Below are positions 51,116 through 63,268 of a stretch of DNA of 64,000 bases, piece after piece. The position numbers and the translations under genes were made by a program. Location: assembly GCA_976551045.1 (NCBI GenBank), contig CDPCPM010000059.1, forward strand, positions 6,386,001 to 6,450,000, given 5' to 3'. How positions within the stretch are numbered: position 1 is the stretch's first letter; each line of letters begins with the position of its first letter. The notes beneath the pieces were generated by a model. It made no database searches. It was not told where the DNA came from and saw only the letters and a program-made list of their open reading frames with translations. This DNA is from Glaucostegus cemiculus (taxonomy: Eukaryota).

Positions 51116-51779
51116 GTAGATAATCAGAAATATTATAGCTAGAATATATATATATATGACTAATGCAATGTAAATTATAATGGTTAAAATGAAGTAAGAT
51201 GTTAAGAAGCTAAGCTACAATATGGACAAAATTGTATCATGAGTCTTCATGTGCTTGTATGTATAATAATAGTTAGTTTGATATGAGGCAGGTATAAATA
51301 AACAAAGTCTCTGCCGGGCACGGCTGAAAAATTTTAGTTTTCTTTAGTTTCAACAAGGATAGACAATGGTAGGTCTGTCAGTTTGAAAAGGAGGCCGTGA
51401 GCTGTCTGTTCTCATTAGCCTGGCCAAGAGTTGATAACAGTTTACTTTACAATCTTTTCAGATTGAGCAGAAAGTTGCTAATAGTTTGTTATTCAGTCAA
51501 GCATGAATTAAAAGACGTTCAAAAGCCTAATCCTCAGAACCCAGGTCCACAGATGCAGACTTAAAAGCCAAAGAGCAGATCGGTAGATTAGTCAGGGTTG
51601 AGTATATACAGTATGAGAGTCCACCATTCTATGGGCTGCCGTGAACTAACGCATTACTGATCTAGTGGTTAGTTGCAACATACAGTATGCTAAGTATATT
51701 CATGAGAAGAAGTGGAAATACTGGCCAGCATTTTGCCCAGTAAAACATGAGTTATTTTTATTTATTTGTTCATGCAATA

Positions 51780-52090
51780 TAAACATTGATTGCAGTACCA
51801 AGATTTATTGTCCAGCTCTAATTGGCGCTGAGCTGAGGAGCAGTTCCAAGTCAAATGGGTCTGGAGTCACATATAGGCTAGACTAATAAGATTTCCTTCT
51901 GTGAAATCACTAGTGCAACCGGATAGGGTTTTCCTTAAGACAATCCAGTAGTTGCATACTTACCGTTTCTGATTTATTTTATCACTTGGATTCATATTCT
52001 CCAGTTGCCAATATGGGATTTGAATTCATGTCTGTGGATCAGTGGTCCAGAACTTTGCCTGCTTGTTGAGTAACATGACAACTATGCTGG
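51780..52090 (-). mobile_element. tRNA-derived SINE (same family as 5548-5620 and 27770-27910)
   Basis: B-box reverse complement gggatttgaa; gggtctggagtcacatataggc; the tail matches 27790-27900. Confidence 0.6.
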
Positions 52091-53609
52091 GATATGAACA
52101 TATGAATTATGAGCAGGAGTATGATACTCAGATCTTGAGCTGATTTTGCCATTTAAATAGACCATGACTGATGTAATTGTTACCTTAGCTCCACATTCCC
52201 ATCTGCCCATGGTAACCTTTCACTACCTTATCAGGAATCTCAATATCTCTGCGTTAGAAATCATGCACTACACCCAGGTCCCTGTGCATCTCAGAATTCT
52301 GCAATCTCTCACCATTTGCATAACATGTTTCCTTTATGATTTTCATGCCAAAATGGATGATTTCATATTTTCTTACGTTATCCTCAATTTGTCAAACCTT
52401 TGCACTTAACTTGTCTATATTCCTTTGTAAGAACACACAAGATGCAAGAGGAACTCGGCGGGTCAGGCAGCATCCATGGAGGGCATGGAGGTCCACATTT
52501 TGGTCTGAGACCCTTCATCAGGACTGGAAAGAAAGAGGGCAGAAGCCAGAAGGAAAGGGTGGGGGAAGGAGGAGGAGCACGAGTTGGTGGGTAATAGGTG
52601 AGTCCGGATGAGGGAGGGGAAAGGTAGGTGGGGAAGTGGGGAAGGAGTAGAAATGATGTGAGAAGCTGGGAGGTGGAAAAGGCAGAGGGCCGAAGAAGAA
52701 GGAATCTATAGGAGAGGACAGTGGACCATGGAATCAAGGGAAGGAGGGTGGGGAACCAGAGGGAGCAAGGTGTGGGTGATGGGCAGGTCGGGTGGGTGGA
52801 GGAGGGGAAAGAGAAGGGAAAATAAGGCCGGAGGGGTAAAGGAAAACAAAGGGGGAGGGGGGACAGAGGGGAGCGGTTACTGGAAGTTAGAGAAATTGAT
52901 GTTGATGTCATCGGGTTGGAGACTACCCAGGCAGAATATGAGGTGTTGTTCCTCTAATCTGCATCTAGCCTCAATTTAGCAGTAGAGGCAGCCATGGACA
53001 GACATCTCAGTGTGGGAATGGGAAGTGGAATTAAAATGGCTGGCCACCAGGAGATTTTGACTGATATGGTGGATTCTTCCCTTTATTCCATGCTTCCTCC
53101 CCCTGGTTCTCAACTCCTTCCCTTTATTCCATGCTCCACTGTCCTCTCCTATCAGATTCCATCTTCTTCAGTCCTTTGCCTCTTCCACCTATCACCTCCC
53201 AGCTTCTCACATCATTCCCACTCCCCCCTCCCCCCACCCCACCTACATATCTTCCCCCTCACACGGACTCAACCACATTTTGGATGCTCTTCCGAGTGGC
53301 AGATACTGTGGAACAAAGTGACGGAATTCACTTTGCTGCTAACCTGTAGAAGAAAACAGGTATTTGCATGGACAGTCAACATACAAGGAGTTTTCAGGGT
53401 GAGAAAGTCACTACTGAGTAAGCCCTGAGTTGCACGCAAACACCTGTGTCCTTCTACAGGTTACCGACAAAGTGAACTCCACTGGACTACTCCAGAAATC
53501 CATCCACGGATTTTAGTGACAAACACAGTTACTGTCCTTCATCCAACGACAGAAACAAAACAGGCTGCCGTCTCTCCTTCTTCTCTCTTTCCTTCTGTTT
53601 GTCCTTCTG

Positions 53610-53848
53610 GTGAACCTGTGGAACTCCTTACCACAGAAAGCAGTGGAAGCCAGATCATTGGGGATATTCAAGAAGGAAATAGATAGATATCTAATTGGTC
53701 AAGGTATCAAGGGATATGGAGATAAGGCAGGGATTTGGACTTAGAATAGTAGGTTTTTTTTTCCCACGCTCCCTTCCCTTTGGAGCAGACTCGATGGGCC
53801 GACTGGCCTGCTTCTGCTCCATTATCTTGTGATCTTGTGTGATCTTGT
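53610..53848 (+). mobile_element. CR1 3' end nested in the PLE
   Basis: gtgaacctgtggaactcctta (VNLWNSL)...gactcgatgggccgactggcctgcttctgctcc and (GATCTTGT)n. Confidence 0.85.
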
Positions 53849-53926
53849 GACTCACCTATTATTCGCCAGCTCGTGCTCCTCCCCCTCCTCCCACCCTTTT
53901 AGTCTGGCTTCTGCCCTCTTTCTTTC

Positions 53927-53964
53927 CAGTCCTGATGAAGGGTCTCAGCCTGAAATGTTGACGG
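53927..53964 (+). ncRNA. Minimal type-I hammerhead ribozyme motif in a PLE pseudo-LTR
   Basis: gtc-CTGATGA-agg(gtctcag)cct-GAAA-tgtt-gac: conserved core, stem II, decayed palindromic stem III and stem I gtc/gac. Confidence 0.7.
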
Positions 53965-55414
53965 TTCACTTCCCTCCATAGATGCTGCCTGACCTGCTGA
54001 GTTCCTCCAGCATTTTGTGTTCCTCCAGATTCCAGCATCATTCTTGTGTCTCTATATTCCTTTGTAACTTTTTATGTCATTTTCGCAACTTAGTTTCCTA
54101 TTTACAATTGTGTCATTGGAAAATTTAGTAACCATACCTTCGATGCCTTCATTCAAATCATCCTAATAAATTAAAAAAGCTGAGGCCCAGCATAACTCCC
54201 TGTGGCACATTGTTTGTTTTATCCCTCCAAGCAGAAAAAGACACTTTTATTCCTACTCCCTGTCTCCTGTTATCCAACCAATCCTCTATTCACCCTGTGC
54301 CTAACCTTTTGTACCATGAGCTTTAATATCCCACAATAACCTTTGATGTGGCACAATATCAAATGCCTTCTGGAAACCAGTTGAAGGGTCTCGACCTGAA
54401 ATATCAACTGTCTATTTCCCTCCATAGATGCTGCCTGACCCACTGAGTTCCTCCAGCACTTTTTGACTTCTTCAATAAATTGGGCAAACGTGATTTTCCT
54501 CTCACAAAACCATGTTGACTTTCCAGGACTACCTTGATCTTTTTCCAAATTCTTTTCTGTATGTTGCCCAGTAGGAGAGACCCCCAATGCATATGCTCAG
54601 CTTGGTATCAAGAGGAGGAAATCAATGCCAAGCTGTGGTCATACCTCTAAGAAACTGATGCACTGCAGAAAGAAGTTTAATGTTTTGGCATGAATTATCA
54701 ATGTAATGGAGTTTAATCTATTAGCTACACCACTAGACCCAACCACCTCTCGATTTACCTTTCATTTAGACATGCTTAATGCAAAGCTCATCCTCCCATT
54801 TGCTCAGTGAATGAGTTGGTAGTGACCAAGAGCTTGGCCTCTGAATGTGTGCATACACAGGCCCCATCTGTGTCTTGCACTAAGTGGTGAAGGTTAGTGG
54901 AGGTAATGTGGGTTGAATAGCTTTCCATTTGGCCTGTATATCAGTGTTGCTCCACTGGGAATTTTTGTCTGGATGCAAGGTGCAATATTGTGGTGAGAAA
55001 GTGAGGAAAGGTTGGAGTGATGACACAGCTTTGTTTGATCCCAGTCTGCACTGGGGTTGGGTAGCTGGCAGACCAATTGGTGAGAATCACAGCTTGCGTG
55101 CCATCACATTCAGATGTAAGGTACCAATGAATCCCTGAGGGCAGATAAATTTGAGAAGGATTCCCTACAGTCCTTCTCAGTTGATAGAACAAGATCAAAA
55201 AAGACCATGCTGCTTCCTGCATTCTTCTTGGGGTTATTATGCAGGGAAGGTTATTTCCATAGTGTCCCTTGATGGCAGGGATCCATACTTTGAGGAACAG
55301 CTCGTTATTCACTTGGAGGAGGAGAAGAGAGGAGAAAAACACTTGTGGTGACTTTCCCTTAGGGAGACAACATGGAGACCCCTCTATGGTAACAAAAATT
55401 GGATTAGTCTCTTT

Positions 55415-55935
55415 AACCATAGAACCATACAGGCCCTTCGGCCCTCCATGTTGTGCCGTCCATCAAACCTCACACAATCTAACTCTTTCCTCCCACATAT
55501 CCCTCTATCCCACATTCCTCCATGTGCCTATCCAACAATCCCTTGAAGCTGTCCAACGGATCGGCCTCCACCACCACCCTAGACAGCGCATTCCATGCAC
55601 CAACCACTCACTGGGTAAAAAACCTCCCTCTGACATCTCCCCTGAACTTTCCACCCAATTCCTTAAAGCCATACCCTCTTATCTTGAGCACCTGTGCTCT
55701 GGGAAAGAGGCACTGGCTGTCAACTCTATCTATTCCTCTCAATATTTTATACACCTCCATCAAGTTCCCTCTCATCCTCCTCCTCTCCAACAAGTAAAAC
55801 CCTTGCACCTTAAGCCTCTCCTCATATTCCATACCCTCTAATCCAGGCATCATCCTGGTAAATCGCCTCTGTACCCTCTCCAATGCCTCCACATCCTTCC
55901 TATAATGTGACGACCAGAACTGAACACAGTACTCT
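55415..55935 (-). mobile_element. Young CR1/HER1 3' end
   Basis: EYCVQFWSSHYRKDVEALERVQRRFTRMMPG...RGRFFTQ. Confidence 0.9.
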
Positions 55936-55939
55936 CCTT

Positions 55940-56226
55940 CCTTGAAGATTAAGGTGAGAGGTGAAAGTTTTAATAAGAACTTGAGGGGCAACTTTTTTAC
56001 TCAGCAGGTGGCAGATATATGGAACCAGATGCCAGAGGAAATAGTTGAGGCAGGTACATTAGATACCTTGAAGAAGTATGTGGACAGGTATGTGGATGAC
56101 AAGAGTTTAGAGAGATATGGATCACATGCTGGGAAATGGGATTAGCTTGAATATACATCTTGGTCGGCACAGACATGTATGGGCTGAAGGGCTTGTTTCC
56201 GTGCTGTACAGCTCTGTGACTCTATG
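55940..56226 (+). mobile_element. CR1/HER1 3' end
   Basis: LRGNFFTQQVADIWNQMP...ERYGSHAGKWD. Confidence 0.85.
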
Positions 56227-57387
56227 TTAGCCATCATTATAGTTTCTCTGATGTCTCCTGGCATGTACTTTTCTTCCAAGATGAAGGAGACAAGACTGTG
56301 AACTTTCAACTGAAGTAATTTAGAATTTTAACAGAGATACTGTCAGTGTGGAAACCCTGTAGTTTTTCAATTAACAAATGCTTTTTAATTGTTTGTTGGT
56401 CTGAGGCAGGAGGCAATACTGGGCCTGATATTGTGCTGGATGATGGAGACAAGGACACTTGTGTCAAGCACAGTGCAGTGATTGAGGAATTCTTCGAGGT
56501 GCCCCACCTGGTGGGCTCTGACTGCTTTCTGTCCTTGATGAGCTCTCCCCTATTCTCTGCTCTCACAGGGGTGGACCTTTAACTACTGAGCCATAGGTGG
56601 ATCAGGCAACACTGAAGTATGCACACGTGCCATGATACTGGCTAGTTACTGGTTCCCATGCATTATTTTCCAATCCAGGAATACTTTGAGTTTGTAATTC
56701 ATTAGCTCTTTGATCGCTTGCTTATTCTCATCAAACTCATCCTTGTGTTTTTGGGTAAAGAAGCCAAAATTCTCTTCTCAGGTGCTATTTATGGTGGACT
56801 TCAGGGCAGTCAGGCGCTGTGAACACTGTGCTGCTCCTGTCAATAGGGAGTTGTCTATTGACATTGTTACAATGCCAGTTGTTTTTGCATCATTGGCACA
56901 TTTGGATATTTGGCTCATCATTTAGATTAATTATATTTATGGCAAATATTTGTAACTATGACATTGATCCTTTTAGGTCAATACAAGTCATCAATTATCA
57001 GTATGAATGCCTGCTGAGTATCCACCCCGCCTCCTGAAATCAATTTCCTACCTAGTTCATTGTCTTTAATGTTATGAGTGCTAATAATAACTAACAGTCT
57101 TTGATCATAAGTCTTTTGGAAGCTCACGTAAGTTGCACCTGTTTGTTCACAACCTCAGTCAAGTTTGTTAGGCAAGAGCTATTTGAGATATAAGCAACTC
57201 TTACTCTCTGGAAGACCTTGGGGGCTTCCATAATAAGGCAGTACACAAACTGTACACCAAGATAAAGGACAATTGAGAGCCACAATCACATTGACAGCAC
57301 TGAGCAATGAGGCCTACAGTCATATGATCATAGAAGGGCACCATTCGATCCATTGAGTTTCTGTTGCTCCTATATGAGCAAGGTATT

Positions 57388-57953
57388 CATTGGCATCAGT
57401 ATTGGTTTATTATTGTCACATACTGAGGTACAGTGAAAAACTTATACCGTTCATGCAGATCAATTCATTACACAGTGCATTGAAGTAGTACAGGGTAAAA
57501 ACATTAACAGAATACAGAGTAAAGTGTCACAGCTACAGGGAAGTGCATTTCAGGTAGACAATAAGGAGTAAGGTCCAACAAAGTAGATTGTGAAGTCAAG
57601 AGTCCATCTCATCGTATAAGGGAACTGTTCAATAGTCTTATCACAGTGGGATAGAAGCTGTCCTTGTGCCAGGTGGTATGTGCCCTCAGGCTCCTGTATC
57701 TTCTGCCTGATGGAAGTGGAAAGGAGAATGACCTGGGTGGGTGGGGTCTTTGATTATGCTGGCTGCTTCACCAAGGCAGCAAGAGGTGTAGACAGAGTCC
57801 ATGGAAGGGAGGCTGGTTTCCGTGTATTCTGTGGGCTGTGTCCACAACTCTCTGCAGTTTCTTGCGGTCCTGGGCAGAGCAGTTGCCGTGCCAAGCTGTG
57901 ATGCACCCAGATAGGATGCTTTCTATGGTGCATCGATAAAAACTGGTGAGTCA
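57388..57953 (-). mobile_element. Rex1/Babar 3' end
   Basis: attggtttattattgtcac tail; colinear with 26158-26710. Confidence 0.82.
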
Positions 57954-58844
57954 GTGTCATTCCCCTACTCTTCCCCCATGGTCCTGCAAATTATTCTCTC
58001 TCTCAAGTGGTCATATTTTAGATCCCAATTTGAAACCTTGCATGGCCATGTGGCACATTCAAAAAAACACCCGAATTTAAGCTCGGACCTTAAAATCGCA
58101 GCAGATCGTACAGAAGAGCTTCGGCCTGTTGATTAATTCCAGCCCAAATATGTACTGACAAGGAAAGTTTTATTCAAATACCCCTGAGGTTTTACCTATC
58201 AGCTGTGATTAGTAAACCACTAACTCAGCAGAATGACTCAGGGAATGAGAAATCCCACAAGTGTACAATCTGGCCAATATATTGAGTGTGGGGAGAATCA
58301 GCCAGCATTTACTGAGAAGATAACTAGAGGGACATGAACCATAGCAGCTACATCAGCTCTCATTAACTTAGCTATCAATACACTACCACAACAACAACTT
58401 ATTTACAACACCTTTAATGTAGGGAAATCCGCAAGCAACTGAGAAGTTAAATCTAAGCAAAGGTTGCTGAAGCAAGGGAGGAATCACCAGTAAAGCTGAC
58501 TAAAAGCCCAGATAAATAAATGGGCCTTAAGGGGGGATAAAGAGGTATGGAAGTGAAGATGCTTAAGGATAGTGTTCAAAGTCCAGGTCTTATATAATTA
58601 AAGGCATAGCTATCACTGAAAGAAAGAAAGAGCACATTTATATACTGTCATACACATTCTTTTTAGTATGTTACTAGCTGCTTTACACTCTTAAAGGGTG
58701 TTGAAGTGCAAGGAATGGAAGAGCGGGTATATGCCCAGCGAGAACATCAGGAAATAGCAGCAGGATTAGGCCATTCAGCCCCTCAAGTCTGCCCTGCCGT
58801 TTGATATAATCGTGGCTGATCTGCCCAAGGCCTTATCACTGAAG

Positions 58845-59150
58845 CTCCCACAATGAGTAATGATATAATAACTAGGCCATCTGTCTTTAGGATATTGTTT
58901 GAGGGATTTACCAGTATTGCCCACGACATGGAGGGAGACTTGCTTTTCTTCCTGTGATTCTGTGGAATTCTTTGCGTCTACTTGAGAGGGCAAATGTGTT
59001 CTTTGCTGAGGATCCCAGTTGAAAGACAACGGCTCAGAAAGTGTCACTCTCCTTCAGTACTTCACATTAGAAATCTTGTGTCTGAATCTCTAGAGCAGGA
59101 CTTGAACATTCGATGCTGATGCACGATTGCTTCCGCAAGGTCATGGCTGA
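58845..59150 (-). mobile_element. Deu-domain SINE (SacSINE1-like)
   Basis: Colinear reverse complement of the element at 45025-45240 (ctcccaca...tgagggat...gaaagac...ctccttcagtac...ggacttgaac). Confidence 0.65.
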
Positions 59151-59214
59151 TATGTGTACCTCTAATCCAATGGGTGCTGTCGCAGTATGATCTGGAATAA
59201 AGAAACAAACCAAG

Positions 59215-60512
59215 GGCTGATTAAGGATAGTCAGCATGGCTTTGTGCGAGGTAGATCGTGTTTAACGAATCTTGTTGAGTTTCTTGAGGAGGTCACCAAG
59301 AAAGTAGATGAAGGAAAGGCAGTGGATATAGTCTACATGGACTTTAGTAAGGCCTTTGACAAGGTCCCACATGGGAGATTAGTTCAGAAGGTTCAGTCAA
59401 TGGGTATCCATGGAAAGGTTGTAAACTGGATTCGAAATTGGCTGAGTGGGAGAAGACAGTGAGTGGTTGTGGATGGTTGTTTCTCAGATTGGAGGCCTGT
59501 GACTAGTGGTGTGCCTCAGGGATCTGTGTTGGGACCATTGTTGTATGTTGTATATATCAGTGACCTAGATGATAATGTGGTAAATTGGATTAGTAAATTT
59601 GCGGATGACACGAAGATTGGAGGTGTAGTGGACAGCGAGGAAGACTTTCAAAGCTTGCAGAGGGATTTGAACCAAATGGAAAAATGGTCCAGAGAGTGGC
59701 AGATGGAATTTAATGCAGAAAAGTGCGAGGTGTTGCATTTTGGAAGGACAAATCAAGGGAGGACTTACACAGTGAACGGTAGGACACTGAGGAGTGTGGA
59801 GGAACAAAGGGATCTGGGAGTTCAGGTACATAATTCCCTGAAGGTAGAGTACAGGTAGACAGGGTTGTAAAAAAAAAGGCTTTTGGCATCCTGGCATTTA
59901 TAAATCAAAGTATTGAGTTGGAATGTTTTGGTAAGGTTGTATAAGTCATCGGTGAGACCAAATTTGGAATATTATGTGCAGTTCTGGTCGCCAAACTACA
60001 GGAAGGGTGTCAGTAAGATTGAAAGAGTGCAGAGCAGATTTACTAGAATGTCGCTGGGTCTTCACGAGTTGAGTTACAGGGAAAGATTGAGCAGGTTAGG
60101 ACTTTATTCCTTGGAGCAGAGAAGAATGAGGGGAGATATGGTAGAGGTTTACAAAATGATGAGGGGCATAGACAAGGTTAATGCAAGTAGGCTGTTTCCA
60201 CCTAGGTTAGGAGAGATAACTACGAGAGGACAAGACTTTAGGGTGAAAGGGGAGAGGTTTAGGGGGAACATTAGGGGGAACTTCTTCACTCAAAGAGTGG
60301 TGGGAAAGTGGAACGGGCTGCCATCTGATGTAGTAAATGCAGGCTCACTCTTAACTTTTAAGAGTAAATTGGATAGATACATGGACGAGAGAGGTCTGGA
60401 GGGGTATGGGCTGGGTGCAGGTAAATGGGACTAGCAGAATAATGTTTCAGCACAGACTAGAAAGTCTGAATGGCCTGTTTTCCTGTGCTGTAGTTTTCTA
60501 TGTTTCTGTGGT
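59215..60512 (+). mobile_element. Young 5'-truncated CR1/HER1 LINE (RT domain to 3' end)
   Basis: SQHGFVRGRSCLTNL; DFSKAFDKVPH; GVPQGSVLGPLL; KFADDTK; GLEGYGLGAGKWD. Only a few stops and frameshifts. Confidence 0.95.
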
Positions 60513-62369
60513 TCACTACCTAAAAACACAACCCACAGTTTGAAACAAAAGTAACGAAATGGGGGTAAAAAGCTGAATTTTTGGCAAAGATACAACACTG
60601 GGGCTTTTCCATGGAAAACAAACAGTAGTTAATCAAACAATTTTACATTAATATGCCAACTAAAAGGGATATGACTGTTAGAAAAAGTTCTTAATATCAA
60701 ACAACATTCAGGAATCCAGTTCCATCAGTCCATTTGGTTGAAGGGGTTAACGAGGATTTTGTAATTTTAGATGCAATTCAGATTGTAAGCAGTTTTGCTT
60801 AGTATAGTTGTACGTGTCTTAAATTACTGCTCTTTTCAATCCACCAAATCAATTAGTCTGAAGTAAAGATTTTATTGGGAATTTTGTGTCATTTGACAAA
60901 GCAACATTTTTTAAAGAAGTATTATATCAAATTTAAAATATGAGATGCAAAATTGTAGAATACAAAATAAATGAGTAAATATGAAGCATTGTTATTTCAT
61001 GGATTGGTTTACAAGCAAGGCTTCAACCTGCAGAAAATACCATACATCTTGTTGAACAAATTGTCATCTCTCTGCTTGTCCTTGTTTCTTCTATTCTTCT
61101 GTGGGCTTGGATGGGCAGGCAGTCAATCCTTTCAGGGTTTATTGATTAGTTATACTAACTATTTATACTAGTTTACACATTCATCCCTGTCTCTGTCAAT
61201 TATGTTCACAATTGCATTCTTGTTCTTCTACCTTGGAAGGTAAATTAGTTCTGTTAAGGTCTCCTTATCTGATTCTGCCGTCTCAGTCATTTATGGGATC
61301 TTCTGTAACAATACATTCCCATTGTGAAAGGGTTTCAAAAATGACATTATGGAATGTGACTGGTATTTCTCCCAAGACTGATTGATGTTCAATCAGCTAG
61401 ATTTGTAGCATAATCTAATATATTGATTTCAAGTCTCCTTTGTAATATGTATTACACAACAGCAGGTATTTTGTAGATTTTTCCCTAACTAATTAAATTA
61501 GTGACTTTTTATCTCTTTTATCATTGATGTAGTATTAAGATTTATGTTTTGCTGTTTCTGATCAACAAAATTAGAATTATTTTTTAGACTAACTCTTTTA
61601 ATTGAAGATTTGATTGAACATCATGGAGTGATTCATGAAATTCAAAATGGTAAGGCATTAAGCAAGGTCAAACAAGAAGTCATTATGAAACTTTGACTTC
61701 AAAAGGTCTGCCAATTGTAGGAAGAAAACCATGGTCATAGAATTCAACAAAAAAAGGTTGAAAAATAAACTCTTAATATCTTTAATGAAATGTTGGGTTG
61801 TGTTAATTATGGTTTGTAGAAAAATATCTATGTTATTACAACATTATTACTTTATAAATATTCAGATTGCTCAACATAAAATACTCAGACAATGGCCAAA
61901 AATTCTAAATTCCAAGGAAAATGCACACAAATGGTGCAGTACAGACAATCCATGGCAATTTTTGGCAATGTCGCAGGGAAAGAACTTTCAACTGTGATGC
62001 AACCATTGTGCACTCGGGTGCCATAAACCTTAGCCCTTCAGTAATGCATGCAACTTAATGAGACGTGAGAAATGCAAACATAAAAGCATTATCACTCACC
62101 AATGCAAGAACTTTAAAAATTGACCCCTGTCTCAAGCAGAGACTGCAATTGGAGCAGCTGAACCAGAAGTGGACAGTCAGGAACATGAATGAACAATCTT
62201 TGTTCCCAACAAATAGCCAGGTTAAAGGGGCACTGGAATTAGGACAGAGGGGGAAGCATCAAACTGCTTGTCTCCAAATCCTTCAAAGAAAGAGGCTTTC
62301 TTTATGGAATGAACAGCATTCTGTCCAACTAGGCTATGCCAGTGTTATTGTATGGACTAGTTAGACAGA

Positions 62370-62830
62370 AGCTTCCTCCCATTTTCCTTATCTAAATCTC
62401 TCAGTGTAAGCCTCTATTCCATCCTTCCCCATATGCATGGCCAATATCTCTTTAAATGTATGTATCCTATTTGCTTCCATTAGTCCCTGTGGTAGGCTCC
62501 TCCACATTCTCATCACTCTTTTAATGTCACATGATCATCTTATATTGGTGTGCTCTTCCCCAAAGTTAAAATATTCCCTCTGCATCTACTCTATCATGAT
62601 CTTAGGGACCTCTGTTAGGTGAGAATTCTTTTCTCAAGAGAAAGGATATCCAGTTAGTTCACAATTTCCTGAAATGTACTTCTGGTATCATCCTTGTAAA
62701 TCAACTCTGATCATTCATCCATTGCTTCTTTATCTTATTCCTACTGTGACAACCAGAATTGTACACATATCCTAAAGTGCAGTCTAAACAATGTTCGATA
62801 CAGATTTAACATAATTTCCCCAATCTTCAA
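62370..62830 (-). mobile_element. Decayed CR1 3' fragment
   Basis: gtgacaaccagaattgtacacatatcctaaagtgcagtctaa is the reverse complement of RLHL.YVYNSG/QFW-type sequence. Confidence 0.6.
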
Positions 62831-63169
62831 AATAATTTTGAAAATAATTCATTGCATTAGAATTGTCTGCTCTGTCTGTTTCTGTTTCAAAAAACTCAGT
62901 AGTTTTGGGGTAAAGGAAGATTATCTGGGATACCTTGAGATACTTTGTCCTTTGGAGAAATATTCATTGGACCACCATCAAAACTAATGGAGACTAACAG
63001 TTTATTGAGAATGAATGCAATTCATGGGCAGTTCTTTGGTCACTTGGCGGAGATGGTGAAGAAGGACCCTGCTGATGACTTTCCCCGTGTCAGGCAACAG
63101 GGAAGCTCTGAACGTGTCTCTTATCTTGAAGATGGTTATGATTATGGTGTCTTTGAGGCCCCTTGATAT

Positions 63170-63268
63170 TTTTTTTTATTTGCAGCGTGGCAACAGGCCC
63201 TTTCGGCCCTTCTAGTCCACGCTGCCCATTTTTAACCCCCAAATTAACCTACCCGTACGTCTTTCAGA
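63170..63268 (-). mobile_element. V-SINE 3' fragment (family of 9612-9780)
   Basis: tttaacccccaaattaacctacccgtacgtcttt is the reverse complement of 9678-9712. Confidence 0.8.

Larger units (their letters stand above)
52431..54050. mobile_element. Fold-back Penelope-like element (minus arm 52431-~53010, plus arm ~53075-54050)
   Basis: The arms are reverse complements, each with a pseudo-LTR. Perfect 17-bp TSD tctatattcctttgtaa at 52414-52430 and 54051-54067. Confidence 0.85.
52095..54560 (-). mobile_element. Old CR1 RT fragment hosting the fold-back PLE
   Basis: The tail is at 52095-52120 and SQHGFVRGKSRLPNL at ~54470-54525. The sequence is continuous across the 17-bp TSD. Confidence 0.7.
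54585..56930 (-). mobile_element. RTE-clade LINE ORF remnant, interrupted by CR1 copies
   Basis: PVQTGIKQSCVITPTF; LIYRPNGKLFN; LRAENRGELIKDRK...RW. Confidence 0.7.

Noticed and set aside
51110-51680. Possible second solo LTR (TATAAAT, ends ...gcaaca)
   Set aside because: No definable 5' TG end, no TSD and no second copy in the window.
55415-56226. Head-to-head CR1 pieces resembling a twin-priming inversion
   Set aside because: Both pieces have their own 3' tails and differ in sequence, so independent insertions are more likely.
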